Virus record (IMG/VR): IMGVR_UViG_3300043473_000258
Strand: one strand, 5' to 3'
Origin: an uncultured virus (IMG/VR IMGVR_UViG_3300043473_000258)
Lineage: Duplodnaviria > Heunggongvirae > Uroviricota > Caudoviricetes
DNA length: 64,000 nt
Part shown: positions 46,301-54,531 of the stretch, piece by piece
Layout of the letters: each line of letters begins with the position of its first letter
Position numbering within the stretch: position 1 is the first letter of the stretch
Translations under genes and position numbers: made by a program
Notes under the pieces: generated by a model
What the model was told of the DNA's origin: nothing
Databases searched by the model: none
The model's input: the letters and a program-made list of their open reading frames with translations, nothing else

Positions 46301-49300
46301 TCATCGACAACCTGTTCTCGAAGGCTCAACAGGACCTCGGCTTGCCGCCGCGTGCTCGTATGTCGCAGGTGAGCAAGGCGAATCAGGCCAAGATTACAGC
46401 CAAGGCGAGAGAGGCGGTGGCGGCTGACCCCCGACTGGCGCGTAGATTTGCCGAGGTCGACGGAGTGCTCTTCGACAAGGTGACCGGCCAGCCCCTGCTG
46501 GACCCTGCCGCCCGCAGGAAAATCGAGGATGCCACCGGAGAGGAATTGATTCTTCCCAACGCCCGGAAGAGGGCCGACGCCACAAACCCCAGGCAGGAGC
46601 CCACCCCGGAGGTGCATGAAGCGAAAGCCGAGGACCTCGAGACCCAAATCGGCCAGCTCGACCAGCAGATCAACGCCGACCAGCAGAAGGTGACGAGCCC
46701 CCGATTCAGCGCGGAGAAGCTCGCTGCGCAGGACCGGCTCATGAAAAACCGCGCCCTGCGCGAGGAGCTTTCCGACCAGCGGCTGAACATGAAGCCCGAG
46801 CCTCCGCCCAGCGAGCCGCTGACCCAGGCCGAGCAGCGTGCGGCCGGGGAGAAGGTGAGCAACGAGCAGAAGCTGGCCGAGGTGGTGACCGACCGCAAGG
46901 CGGCGGAGGCGGAGGTCGCAGGCTACGGCGACCCGAGCAAACTCAAGGGTCTGCAGAAGCAGCTCTACGACGATGCGAAGGACGACCTCAATAAGCTCAA
47001 GAGTCAGGAGGCTTGGCTGCGCAAGAGGGTTGAGGGCGGCCCGGAGGTGACGACCGAGGCCAGTGCGCCGGGAGGCAACGGGGTCGCCCGCTTCGCCCGG
47101 CTCTTCGGGGTCGATGAGGCCACCCTCCAGAAGGCGCATGACTTCGTGCACAACGAGCTGGTCAAGCCGTTGCAGGATGCGGCGACTCGGGTCTTTGGTT
47201 CCGAGGTCAAGGTCGAGGTGCGTGACACCAAGACCGGGGTGCCTTCGGTCGTCATCTTCGACGACAACACGATCGGTATTTTCGTGCCCCCGCAGTGGGC
47301 GGCCGAGCAGCGGGCAATGCTTGGCAGCGAAGCCAAGTTCCGGGCCTACGCGAAGAAGGCTTTCGGCGAGGAGCTGCAGCACGTTGCCACCCTCAAGGTG
47401 CTTCGTGACATGTGGAACAAGCTGCCCGAGGCGGGCAAGACAAACTTCGACGAGTTTGCTCACAGCAGGTTTCAGGACATGGCCTTCGAGATTCAGAACC
47501 ATGTCAACGAGCTGCGCACCAATGGCCGTCACGCCGAGGCCGAGGCCATTGAGAACGCCATCCGGGCGAGCCGCGAAGCCTACGACGCGCAGCAGGGCTC
47601 GATGTCTGGCGGCCAGCTCCTCGACGAAATGGTCAACGACCCGAGGAGCGCCTTCAAGTATGGCATCGAGCTCGCACGCCAGCTCAATCAGTTGCACAAC
47701 AAGAAGCAGATTTCCGAGAGCTTCTTCGAGCGGGTGGTGCAGCCGCTGAATGACTTTTACAAGCAGGTCGTGGCCCACCTCAAGGGACTCCTCGGCAAGG
47801 CCCAGAGCGGCGAGATTAGTCAGACTCTCAAGGAGCTTCTCGACGGGATGCAGTCAGCCCTGGAGGGCAAGTCCGCGGAGGCGCAGGTCGAGCGCGGTCC
47901 AGCGGTTCAAACGCAGCCCCACATCAATCGCCTTGAAGAGACTGCGATTCCTTGGCATGGTAATGATCGTGAAGATATTGACGCCCGCACAGCTCTCCGC
48001 TCGGCTTCGCCAGACGCGCCTCGCTCCGCAGCGGAAAATGTCCTCGCAGGAAAAGCTGCAGCAAACGCAAAACTCCCTCTCGGCAGTGAGGCCCGTAACA
48101 TCGCCGAGCTTCAGCAACTCGCAGGAGCCCAGCCCGAGCGTCTCATCGATCGAGACAAGCTCGTAGGCGACGGCGGATTCTCAGTCACGCAGGGCGAGCA
48201 CACCAGCGTCTTCGACCTCGACCCTGACCGGGTGGTCAAGCTGGTGAACGAGGGCAACTCGGGTGGCACACCCAGGATCCTCGAAGGTTTCCCGACGCCC
48301 ATCGTGGGTACAACGATCGCCTCGCACGCGGCGAGCCCGAGCGAGTACCTCGGGGAACGGATGCGGCTGAACAACGAGGCATTCGGCGACGACCAGCGGT
48401 ATCACGGCGTCTGGCTCAAGCCCAACGGCGAGGTCGGCGGGCTGGTTATCTCCCAGCCATTCATCGAGGGCAAGCCGCCCACCGCGGAGCAGGTCTCCGA
48501 CTTCATGCGGGCCAACCAGTTTGTGCAGGTGGACCTCGACATGTGGTTCCGGCCGACTGACAACCTGCTCGTCAGCGACACGCACACCGGCAACTTCCTC
48601 GAGAAGGATGGCAAGGTTGTGCCCGTCGACCTGCAGGTTAAGCGGGCCAACGCGGAAGAGCGGGCCGAGGCCATGCGTGCGCTGGGCACCATGCCGGGCC
48701 CGCAGGTGACGACCGAAGCCTCGGCGCCGAGCCTCCGGGGCGTGGTCGACGTGGCCAAGAAGTACGTGAAGGAAAGCAAGGCGCGGGAGTACGGCTACGG
48801 GCTGAGTAAAAGCTACAGCGAGTTCAGGGATCGGATGTCGACCGCGCTCAACGCCATCGAGAGCATCTCGAACAACAACGGCACCCGGCTGGCCAACTCG
48901 ATGTACGACTACTATTCCGACCTCACGGGGAAGGGTCGCGAGAAGACGCGGCTGGAGTGGAAAGACCTTCTGACTCGCGAGGGATGGAAGCACGCTCACC
49001 GCCTTGGCCTGGGCCTGCCCTCCAAGGAGCTCGTCGAGGCGAGCGAGCGGGCCTTCCCGTGGCGCGAGGCTGGCTTCGGCACGGTGACCGACGTCAACAG
49101 CCCGGCTGAGTACCAGGCCAAGGTGGCTGCAGCGCGGGCCGAGCTCGACGACTGGGTCCGGCGCATCGACTTGGGGCTCAAGAGCAGCAACCCCGACGTG
49201 GTCGATGCGGCCAAGGCGCTCGAGCCAACCTATAAGGCTGCCCAGGCTCTCATCCAGACCGATGCGGGACTCAAGCAGGCCATTGCGCAGACGGCCCGCA

Positions 49301-51516
49301 TCCAGCAGGAGACCGGCCGCCAGATTCAGATGGCCAAGCAGCGCGACATCGACCTCAACGAGGTGGAGAATTACATCCGCCGCCTCTACGAGGATCCCGC
49401 GGGCGAGAAGGCCCAGCGTTACGTGCCCAGCTCCAGCAGCCGCGGCGGGGCGGTCGTCAACGACAAGGGCTTCGCCAAGTCCCGAGCCTTCAAGAGTGCG
49501 GTCGAGGCCATGGAGCACGGGCTGAAGATTGCCTCGATGGACACGGCGAAGCTCGTCGGCCACGGCGAGGCCAGTCTCCAGAAAATGATCGGCTCGAAGA
49601 TGATGGAGCGCCAGCTCCACGCCGAGCCCGCTCCATTCACCGGCCGACCTGTCATGACCGAGAAGCCCGAATACTATAAGGCTGCCACCGGCAAGATGGA
49701 GAAGCGGGCCCCGGCCGGGTATGAGGTGGTCGACATGGGCGGCAAGCCTGTCTACGTCGAGGAGAACGTGGCCGGGCTCTTCCGCATGTTCAATGAGCCT
49801 AGCGACGTGCGCCGTGGGCTGACGGGTCGCACGCTGCTCTCCGCGGCCAACAACTTCAAAGCCTTCACGCTCATCATCGACACCTATCACTCGATGCGTC
49901 TGGCGGCCACGCTCGGCGGCGTGCTCCTGCAGGGCAAGGGCATCCACAAGATCCCCATCGGCGGCCAGCTCAACCGGATGAAGCGTTTCATTGCGCGTGG
50001 GCAGGCCGCCCTCGACTACGAGCCGGGCGAGCTGCTCGACATGGTCAAGCGCGGGCAGATCACCGCGGACGACGCGCAGTGGGCGAAGGAAGCGCAGAAG
50101 TATTACGAGATCGGCAGCAAGGCCGGGGTGGCCTGGGGGCGGCAGATCGATAATCTCTACGAGCAGATCGGGCGGCCGTTCCTGGTGAAGATTCTCGGCA
50201 AGAAGGTCGGGCACGGGCTGGAGACCTTCAACGAGTTTGTCTTCAAGAAGCAGACGCGGGCCGCGATGATGGTGGGCTTCCGCACGATTCTGGACCGCAA
50301 CATCGAGCGGCTGCAGGGCAGCAAGATGAGCATGTCCGACATCGAGCGCCTCAGTGCCAAGGAGACCAACGAAATCTTCGGCAACCTCGCGCACCAGAGC
50401 TGGATCAAGGGCAAGACCGGGCAGGACATCGCCCGTCTCTTCATGCTGGCCCCCAACTGGAACGAGGGACGCGCCCGCTTTCAGGGCCGGGGCCTCATTC
50501 AGGCTGGCAAATTCCTGGCCAAGCCCTTCCGGCGCGTGAGCTACGTGGACGAGAACGGCAACGTCACCAGCAAGCTCAAGTTTCAGCAGCCGGGCAATGC
50601 GGCGGGCACCATGCTGGCGCTGGCGGCGGGCATGTTCGCAGGCAACCAGGTCATCAACGGCCTCACCCGTGGCAAGCCGACGTGGGAGAACGAGGACGGC
50701 CACAAGATGGACGCATTCATTCCCAATCTGCCGGGGATTGGTGGAGGAGGGACGAACGGCTTCTTCTTCAGCCCGTTCAACCTGGGCAGTGAGGACCTGC
50801 ACACGATGCAGAAGTACGGCTCGCGCTCCTCGATACTGGAGACCGGCTCGCGCATTGCGATGAACAAGGCGAGCGGGCTGGTGCGCGGCACGGCCGCCCT
50901 CGCTGGCATCGACCCGATGGGCCGCCCGCTTTCCGGCGACACGAACCGGCTTGCACAGGCCGTTCGCGGCTACGCCCCCGTCCCCATTCCCGCTGGGATT
51001 ATCCCTGGTGCTCCTTGGGCGCTGGAAAAAATCGGGCTGCTCAATCCCGAGTTCCGGGGCAAGGGCGACGTGCAGCGCCAGCTCTTCGGAATGTTGGGCG
51101 TCAAGCTGGACAAGGCGGAGACTCCCGAGCAGCGCATCCGGGCGGTCGCAGCCAAGACTTTCCCGCAGCAGTTCCCCAAGTCCACCAGCCCCGGTGACTT
51201 CGCCCGGTTGCGCAATTTTGTGAGCAACGAGAGACTTGATAAAGCCGCCGATGAAATCATCCGCCTCATCTCCCAAGGGAAAACCGAACAAGACGTCCTA
51301 CGTTCCTTCTCTCCGACGCGCATCATCGGTCAGAGCCGGGCACAAGAGCAACTGCTCATGCAGACCCCAGCCGCCCGTATCCTCCGGCCGGAAGTGAACG
51401 CCGTTCGCACCACCGATTACAACAACCTGCAGCGGGCTATCGAGACCGCCCGGCGCAGCCCCAAATACCGTGAGGCCCTGGCCTCCGGCCAAGCCGCGCG
51501 TCTACCCGTCCAATGA
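40330..51516 (+). CDS. Giant (3728 aa) polyvalent internal virion protein
   Basis: Continuous ORF with a DUF6884-like domain (~44080-44495), degenerate zincin motif EELQH (47368-47382) and kinase-like domain (~48190-48640). Confidence 0.85.
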   Translation: MDETQLTPEQLEYAADIPLPETQVGRAANILGTAQRSLTSSIVSPLAGIARFTGMKTSPKLTEILRDQQQPGGRMPINPEMAQDFSTGLARAAGAAPASIALATGGLVPLIGAGALGGYETHGQQIEDYERRRQAGELEPGEEPPSGWAEVAKGAASNAAFLAGGMGAGRLAAPILSRLSGTPARVLAGYGATVGGNLAGAAAARKIETGKFGYENPAAAAEDLFTAGVTFGPIPTKHLLEAPASKYKSPEARALERQAREAERAAAQEEADRAARAAEARDRAASTSVTSQNPNLTLSTMAQNTSQVEQMVSHIIPGTLEGTTVPQEWPYVGTSTPGERHIVNLAGQNIASMMLAEGDIASFSMPTELGTSKMDQQAAARQHALYRIRQTLDTLRNGGDEGNQIAEQAGLSRTHAIAAFAEAERIFNANEPVNPNMTVEQQIATRKGASVLGNLNTLRKQEPTPIVEAEIRAELNKPEVQAELAKSGAPVPPTDFERLQPKYAQEWKALLEARDKEIEDAHWDAQSALAARFMAEKMAGPGPTPEQQQQIWAARQEALRADAAEKLKAKLAQEEIDAKAAADKEAADLAAAHEEAVPAPAAPALVDKLTGKPVARMSRLTQATEPPPTTPTNETGQNIQQIPNPQGQPPIGNADNAPTGVRGVSLLGTGAEEKPLQQPGGNAPVGEADNAGAGVRGQGQLGQGTAQRPVLTAEEQGWVKNLQELIDRLGRKPKAKQTKKDKADIRNAFDRLKQIDEEAAARQGGGEPPPTPESDATLREQQKQLVDGTRDVMLFTPGETELPVPPGKTRVPVTGVGVFHYDMGKVSQGQIFEAVMSGKVGELLNLGKETKAEAVAAPGKSVVLTEHTPEGVEVRASVTSEGELEAKRAEFEKTKTPGNIIGTRTADEVIAARKGATELDTTSPVTGEEYIGGLARPGQRGVALGAVGNRVRIKWEDGKVTDEEYYKVMAKKRPESAHDLMDKIVRPALKKGKPILSSVVDAIQPRRVKGVVENVPAAWVRRLLEIEGYREQGGQWVKVGEREGPPEKGPKVSERQAVDYHNRTNKMSAEELEKELANPPTDRQRWMTLQIAKLYSDLRAHHREVLEMEKSVDYPAKLAKMTDAELKTEQNRMDRTGEQRALIARESMGRSQARAQPKPAAAAAVPTAEGARIVKMPDGRELEVKGSGHTLTWRDPSFTTGPYGDRFVLASPGYREQILAAEGKPTGPAKAMPERMKASHAPPPEPGEPDVVIIGCGKTKCTLARGEATEAGNLYTGPLFTDRRDFAQAGKRPWAILSALHGLLAPGKKIETYDKTIDSLTPGERREWHEQVRRWVGDYFNDNTQGKTMEVHAGAEYIKEMNKALEGMGVTITTPMKGKGLGDQRAYYKAQAQAAEAKPAAGAPAATGDVKQQVRAEMETALGHIEKGDLEAAKESIDRLEEMRGAIEKAKINRKVLDDAIDKVNKAYNEAAIPTEGVVGPQGLNSVGLPPIEMIGRNLRKRYDADVAKGSKLAFDEWLSDRLEGNDKILDTMDPQSPLYKAMEAENDAIVNEINKPHNKSGKLGFPPTPATRPAEREEQRARSEPPEAPEKIVDAKLQKGNVTPLIEVQVGEMPDGEWKSTFQLNTHESGYGVPWSEGFGSREDAVQHAASEMLDWVKHMEGRKDLTKAGKKQLADMRAQVERMLKKEGVEMAEVEEAPAAKPAAVAAASVPVEDRMTQIQINRLQETLDTGKRANGKKIDARDRADIQKEIDGLKTRLEEKRAERERNPDTPVEAIGEIKEGVADKPKAFTAEVKKILTATLEEELKTAPEKERPPSRASYQPGFKPPAEPVTPAAKPEVISIHIPGDGEFRITKTKEAIEQVLKGIRSMPGAESTAPTGPRPVPKVELTGEEKPRLMTAEELAAEKAAPPAAAEKPAAPTEGGNKFYETERAADIAELNKINAELEGHFAKPPGSPPGPREEWDHVQALLRRKRDLEHKHQLGDGYDLIDNLFSKAQQDLGLPPRARMSQVSKANQAKITAKAREAVAADPRLARRFAEVDGVLFDKVTGQPLLDPAARRKIEDATGEELILPNARKRADATNPRQEPTPEVHEAKAEDLETQIGQLDQQINADQQKVTSPRFSAEKLAAQDRLMKNRALREELSDQRLNMKPEPPPSEPLTQAEQRAAGEKVSNEQKLAEVVTDRKAAEAEVAGYGDPSKLKGLQKQLYDDAKDDLNKLKSQEAWLRKRVEGGPEVTTEASAPGGNGVARFARLFGVDEATLQKAHDFVHNELVKPLQDAATRVFGSEVKVEVRDTKTGVPSVVIFDDNTIGIFVPPQWAAEQRAMLGSEAKFRAYAKKAFGEELQHVATLKVLRDMWNKLPEAGKTNFDEFAHSRFQDMAFEIQNHVNELRTNGRHAEAEAIENAIRASREAYDAQQGSMSGGQLLDEMVNDPRSAFKYGIELARQLNQLHNKKQISESFFERVVQPLNDFYKQVVAHLKGLLGKAQSGEISQTLKELLDGMQSALEGKSAEAQVERGPAVQTQPHINRLEETAIPWHGNDREDIDARTALRSASPDAPRSAAENVLAGKAAANAKLPLGSEARNIAELQQLAGAQPERLIDRDKLVGDGGFSVTQGEHTSVFDLDPDRVVKLVNEGNSGGTPRILEGFPTPIVGTTIASHAASPSEYLGERMRLNNEAFGDDQRYHGVWLKPNGEVGGLVISQPFIEGKPPTAEQVSDFMRANQFVQVDLDMWFRPTDNLLVSDTHTGNFLEKDGKVVPVDLQVKRANAEERAEAMRALGTMPGPQVTTEASAPSLRGVVDVAKKYVKESKAREYGYGLSKSYSEFRDRMSTALNAIESISNNNGTRLANSMYDYYSDLTGKGREKTRLEWKDLLTREGWKHAHRLGLGLPSKELVEASERAFPWREAGFGTVTDVNSPAEYQAKVAAARAELDDWVRRIDLGLKSSNPDVVDAAKALEPTYKAAQALIQTDAGLKQAIAQTARIQQETGRQIQMAKQRDIDLNEVENYIRRLYEDPAGEKAQRYVPSSSSRGGAVVNDKGFAKSRAFKSAVEAMEHGLKIASMDTAKLVGHGEASLQKMIGSKMMERQLHAEPAPFTGRPVMTEKPEYYKAATGKMEKRAPAGYEVVDMGGKPVYVEENVAGLFRMFNEPSDVRRGLTGRTLLSAANNFKAFTLIIDTYHSMRLAATLGGVLLQGKGIHKIPIGGQLNRMKRFIARGQAALDYEPGELLDMVKRGQITADDAQWAKEAQKYYEIGSKAGVAWGRQIDNLYEQIGRPFLVKILGKKVGHGLETFNEFVFKKQTRAAMMVGFRTILDRNIERLQGSKMSMSDIERLSAKETNEIFGNLAHQSWIKGKTGQDIARLFMLAPNWNEGRARFQGRGLIQAGKFLAKPFRRVSYVDENGNVTSKLKFQQPGNAAGTMLALAAGMFAGNQVINGLTRGKPTWENEDGHKMDAFIPNLPGIGGGGTNGFFFSPFNLGSEDLHTMQKYGSRSSILETGSRIAMNKASGLVRGTAALAGIDPMGRPLSGDTNRLAQAVRGYAPVPIPAGIIPGAPWALEKIGLLNPEFRGKGDVQRQLFGMLGVKLDKAETPEQRIRAVAAKTFPQQFPKSTSPGDFARLRNFVSNERLDKAADEIIRLISQGKTEQDVLRSFSPTRIIGQSRAQEQLLMQTPAARILRPEVNAVRTTDYNNLQRAIETARRSPKYREALASGQAARLPVQ
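42227..42463 (+). CDS. Nested out-of-frame gene (78 aa, basic, QTTPxPGFGG twice)
   Basis: TTGCCA-17-CAGGCT promoter, CA-rich leader, GC3-rich codons in this frame. Confidence 0.55.
   Translation: MKPGRTSNKSPIPKGSHPSAMQTTPQPGFGGSVSSGPGPKKSLYSSRGATPQSVKQTTPEPGFGGKASSGKAPRNGLY
47969..48166 (+). CDS. Nested out-of-frame gene (65 aa) just before the kinase domain
   Basis: TTGAAG-17-CATGGT-7-GTG; main-frame codon usage degrades across this interval. Confidence 0.45.
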   Translation: MKILTPAQLSARLRQTRLAPQRKMSSQEKLQQTQNSLSAVRPVTSPSFSNSQEPSPSVSSIETSS

Positions 51517-52109
51517 GTGACATCCCTCCCGTGGTAAAAGACAAGACAGCCCTGCCCTTCATCTACGGCTGGCCCGCGTACATCGAGGAGACCGGCGTGG
51601 AGATTCGCGGCCACAACTGGGGCACGCTCAAGCAGCTCGTGGGAAAATATCTCGATGCCAACAAGCTCGACGTCGGCGACCGGGAGCTCTACCTGAACAA
51701 GGCGGTGTGCATCGCGCTGACCCGCGCTGGCAAGGGGGCCATGTGCATCCGGCCCTACAAGCTGAGTGCCGCGGCGAGTAAGACCCACGCCTACGAGATG
51801 GACCCGCGGATGCCCAAGAACCTGCGGCGTGGACCCGGTGGCTACGACGCCCGCGCCTGGGGCGTGTGGCACATGGCTGCCTGGGACGGCAAGCTCAACG
51901 GCAATTACGCGAGGGAGCTGGTCGCCCGCATCGGTTGCGGGAGCTGCCGCAGCCACGTCGTCCGGGTGATGATGAAGACGCCCATCCCCAACGATCACTT
52001 CGACGCCTTCCGCTGGACTGTTGATTTCCACAACGAGGTCAACAAGCGGCTGCGAAAGAAGACGGTCACCTACGACGAGGCGAAAGCCTTCTGGCACCTT
52101 GAACCATGA
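51513..52109 (+). CDS. Erv1/Alr-family sulfhydryl oxidase with N-terminal extension
   Basis: WGVWHMAA, CGSCRSH, WTVDFHNEVNKRLRK, YDEAKAFW. Confidence 0.85.
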   Translation: MSDIPPVVKDKTALPFIYGWPAYIEETGVEIRGHNWGTLKQLVGKYLDANKLDVGDRELYLNKAVCIALTRAGKGAMCIRPYKLSAAASKTHAYEMDPRMPKNLRRGPGGYDARAWGVWHMAAWDGKLNGNYARELVARIGCGSCRSHVVRVMMKTPIPNDHFDAFRWTVDFHNEVNKRLRKKTVTYDEAKAFWHLEP

Positions 52110-52510
52110 GCGCGTGCGCCTGGACAACGGAGTACGACCGCGACCCACGGGGGCCGCGCATCAAGCGCACTGGCCCGAACAACGCGGACGCCAGCGGCTG
52201 GCGCTTCCTTCACCTCGCGGCACTCGACGGAAAGCTCTCGCAGGGTACGGCCCTGCAGTTTGCTTCCTGCATTGGGTGCCCGGACTGCAAACGGCACTTC
52301 CTTCAGCTCATCCGAACGCATCCTATAAGGTCGAGCGATCGTGAAGACGCTTTCGCGGCGACGGTGCGCTGGCACAACGCGGTGAACCGGCGCCTGAACG
52401 TGGCGGAGGTGGGGGTCGAGCAGGCCCGCAAGATGTGGGACAACCGCAAGCCCGCGGCGGCCGCGGCGGAGCCGGGCGTGCCCCAGTTCAGCAAGGTCGT
52501 CACCGGTTAG
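52106..52510 (+). CDS. Second Erv1/Alr-family sulfhydryl oxidase
   Basis: WRFLHLAA, CPDCKRHF, WHNAVNRRL, EQARKMW. Confidence 0.88.
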   Translation: MSACAWTTEYDRDPRGPRIKRTGPNNADASGWRFLHLAALDGKLSQGTALQFASCIGCPDCKRHFLQLIRTHPIRSSDREDAFAATVRWHNAVNRRLNVAEVGVEQARKMWDNRKPAAAAAEPGVPQFSKVVTG

Positions 52511-53187
52511 CGTTCCCAGCGGCTGGGCTGCGGGTACGTGCACTGCAGCCACTGCTTGAAGTCCTCCCGGCCCGCCCAGGAGTCGTCGCTCGAGAGGAAT
52601 TTCCACTTCATGTCGGGCTTCATGAAATTCATGAGCTTGCAATCGACGGTGCCGCAGTGGTCCTCGGGAAAGTAGTTGCAGTAGAGCGTGCGCAGCGCGG
52701 TGGGCACGATGAGGTCGAAGGAGTTGAGCACGGTGCGCAGTTGCGAGGGCTCGTAGATGATGGGGAAGTGCAGCTCGAAGTCGTGCAGCATGGCGTGGCC
52801 GTTTTTCTCGAGCAGAAACTTGGCCCGCTCCACGGTGATGTTGTGGAAGCGGCTGGCCACGCTGCGGTGCTGGTTGAAGTAGCGCGTCCCGGCCCAGTTT
52901 TTCAGGAAGAAGATGTCGTCGTTGGTGTAGCAGAATTCCCCGGCCGCGTAATTGTCGGCGAACATCTTCAGCTTGAAGAGCACGCCCGGAATCTGGCTGT
53001 AGTTGACCGGCTGGCCGACATTGACCCAGCTCCCCTTGAACCACTTCGGGCAGTGCTCGCCCAGGAGGTAGACCTCGCCGCTGCCCAGCAGCGTGAAGTG
53101 CCGTTCGATGGAGCGCAGCGCGTAGCGCAGCTCGAGATAGTCCTTCGGCGCCCCGGTCTTCAGCGGGATGACGACGTCGCAATTCAT
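52507..53187 (-). CDS. Stealth-like sugar-phosphotransferase
   Basis: ELRYALRSIE, P.WF and NDDIFF motifs of Stealth conserved region 2. Confidence 0.7.
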   Translation of the reverse strand: MNCDVVIPLKTGAPKDYLELRYALRSIERHFTLLGSGEVYLLGEHCPKWFKGSWVNVGQPVNYSQIPGVLFKLKMFADNYAAGEFCYTNDDIFFLKNWAGTRYFNQHRSVASRFHNITVERAKFLLEKNGHAMLHDFELHFPIIYEPSQLRTVLNSFDLIVPTALRTLYCNYFPEDHCGTVDCKLMNFMKPDMKWKFLSSDDSWAGREDFKQWLQCTYPQPSRWER

Positions 53188-53876
53188 AGGGGGAGCTTGC
53201 CGTCGTGGCAGTAGACGCAGTTGTCGCGCTCCAGGCGCGAGTCGTGCGCGGTCATGTGGGTCTCTTGGATGAGCGGCGTGCCCATGCCCATCGCAATCCA
53301 GCCAAAGCAGGACTGGTTGGCCACGAGCCGGTCAGCGCCAGCGATGAGCTCGGCCGCGTCCATGAAGTCGCGCATGGGATAGTGCTCCAGCCGCCACCGC
53401 TTGAAGGCGGCGTGCTCGTTGGCCAGCCCGAGGAAGAGCCCGCCCTCACCCCACTTGTCCATCACCTGCCGCCAGGGGAAGCGGGGATTCTGATAGCGCA
53501 TCGAGCGGGCGAAGACTGACCGCCCCGCAGAATGGGCGCTGGGACGCGCTGTGAGCCACGGAGAATGGTCAACCTCCGTCAGCCCTATCGCGGCAGCCTG
53601 GCTGAGTGTGAGGCTCTGGTCGCGCTTGTAGCAGCCCATCGTGCGGAAGTACGAGACGTTGTAATCGCTCTCCGGGTGGTGGGGGCTCCACTCCACGTCC
53701 TCGATATACGGCTGGGCCTTGATGAGGGGGATGAGCAGCCGCGCCCCGGCTTCCCACGGCCGTCCTTGCGGGTGGGGCGTGGGCACCATCGTCAGCTTGC
53801 CGCCGCCGAGCTGGCGCAGGATGGGCAGTGCCGCGATGCAGTCGCCTATGTCGCCTCCGACAACGAGGTGGGGCAT
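53184..53876 (-). CDS. GT9-like glycosyltransferase
   Basis: GDIGDCIAALP; AAELIAGADRLVANQS..WIA.GMGTP. Confidence 0.7.
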   Translation of the reverse strand: MPHLVVGGDIGDCIAALPILRQLGGGKLTMVPTPHPQGRPWEAGARLLIPLIKAQPYIEDVEWSPHHPESDYNVSYFRTMGCYKRDQSLTLSQAAAIGLTEVDHSPWLTARPSAHSAGRSVFARSMRYQNPRFPWRQVMDKWGEGGLFLGLANEHAAFKRWRLEHYPMRDFMDAAELIAGADRLVANQSCFGWIAMGMGTPLIQETHMTAHDSRLERDNCVYCHDGKLPL

Positions 53877-53880
53877 GGCT

Positions 53881-54531
53881 TCAAGGTGGTGTGATGACCA
53901 GCGCCTGACCAGTTTGGAGCGCCAGCGGGTAGACCTGTCGCGAGCTGAAGAAGTCGTCGACCGCGGCGAGCGCACCGGGGCAGGTGGGAAATCCGTAGTC
54001 GTCGAAGATGATGACGCCGGAGGGATTCATGCGCGGCCACAGCCACTCCAGCGAATTGTAGACCGAATCGTAGAGGTCGACGTCGACATGGGCGAAGGCG
54101 ATGCAGCCGCCCACCAAGTCCGAGGGCAGCACCTCAGGGATCCACCCGACGTGCCAGCGGGTCTTGTCCCGGTGGTAGCGCACCGCTCCCTGCGCCTGCG
54201 CGAGGCTGGTGTCCGCGAAGTCGCCGCGCTTGTGCGTGTCCTTGGCGCTGGGAGTGGGCAGCCCTTGGAAGGAGTCGACGAGATGGAGGACTTTCGTCGA
54301 ATGAATCTGCTCGAGCACGGCCGCGATGAGCGCAGCCGAGCCGCCCTTGTAGACGCCCAGCTCGATGACGTCGCCGGGGAGTTGCTCGGTCTGCCGGACC
54401 ATGCGGTCAAGGACCCAGAGCCGCTGGCGATCGATGAGCGTGCCGCCGATGGTCGCCAGCTTGTGCAGCGTGTCGAAGTTTTCGTGGACCCAGGGCGAGT
54501 AGAGCGGGGTGTAGAGTTTTCGCGGGCTCAT
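53881..54531 (-). CDS. TylF/MycF-family sugar O-methyltransferase
   Basis: GDVIELGVYKGGS, DSFQGLP, HVDVDLY, GVIIFDDY. Confidence 0.9.
   Translation of the reverse strand: MSPRKLYTPLYSPWVHENFDTLHKLATIGGTLIDRQRLWVLDRMVRQTEQLPGDVIELGVYKGGSAALIAAVLEQIHSTKVLHLVDSFQGLPTPSAKDTHKRGDFADTSLAQAQGAVRYHRDKTRWHVGWIPEVLPSDLVGGCIAFAHVDVDLYDSVYNSLEWLWPRMNPSGVIIFDDYGFPTCPGALAAVDDFFSSRQVYPLALQTGQALVITPP

Noticed and set aside
43321..51291. Long minus-strand ORFs (848, 592 and 1036 aa) opposite the giant gene
   Set aside because: Typical high-GC antisense frames; no recognisable domains or promoters.
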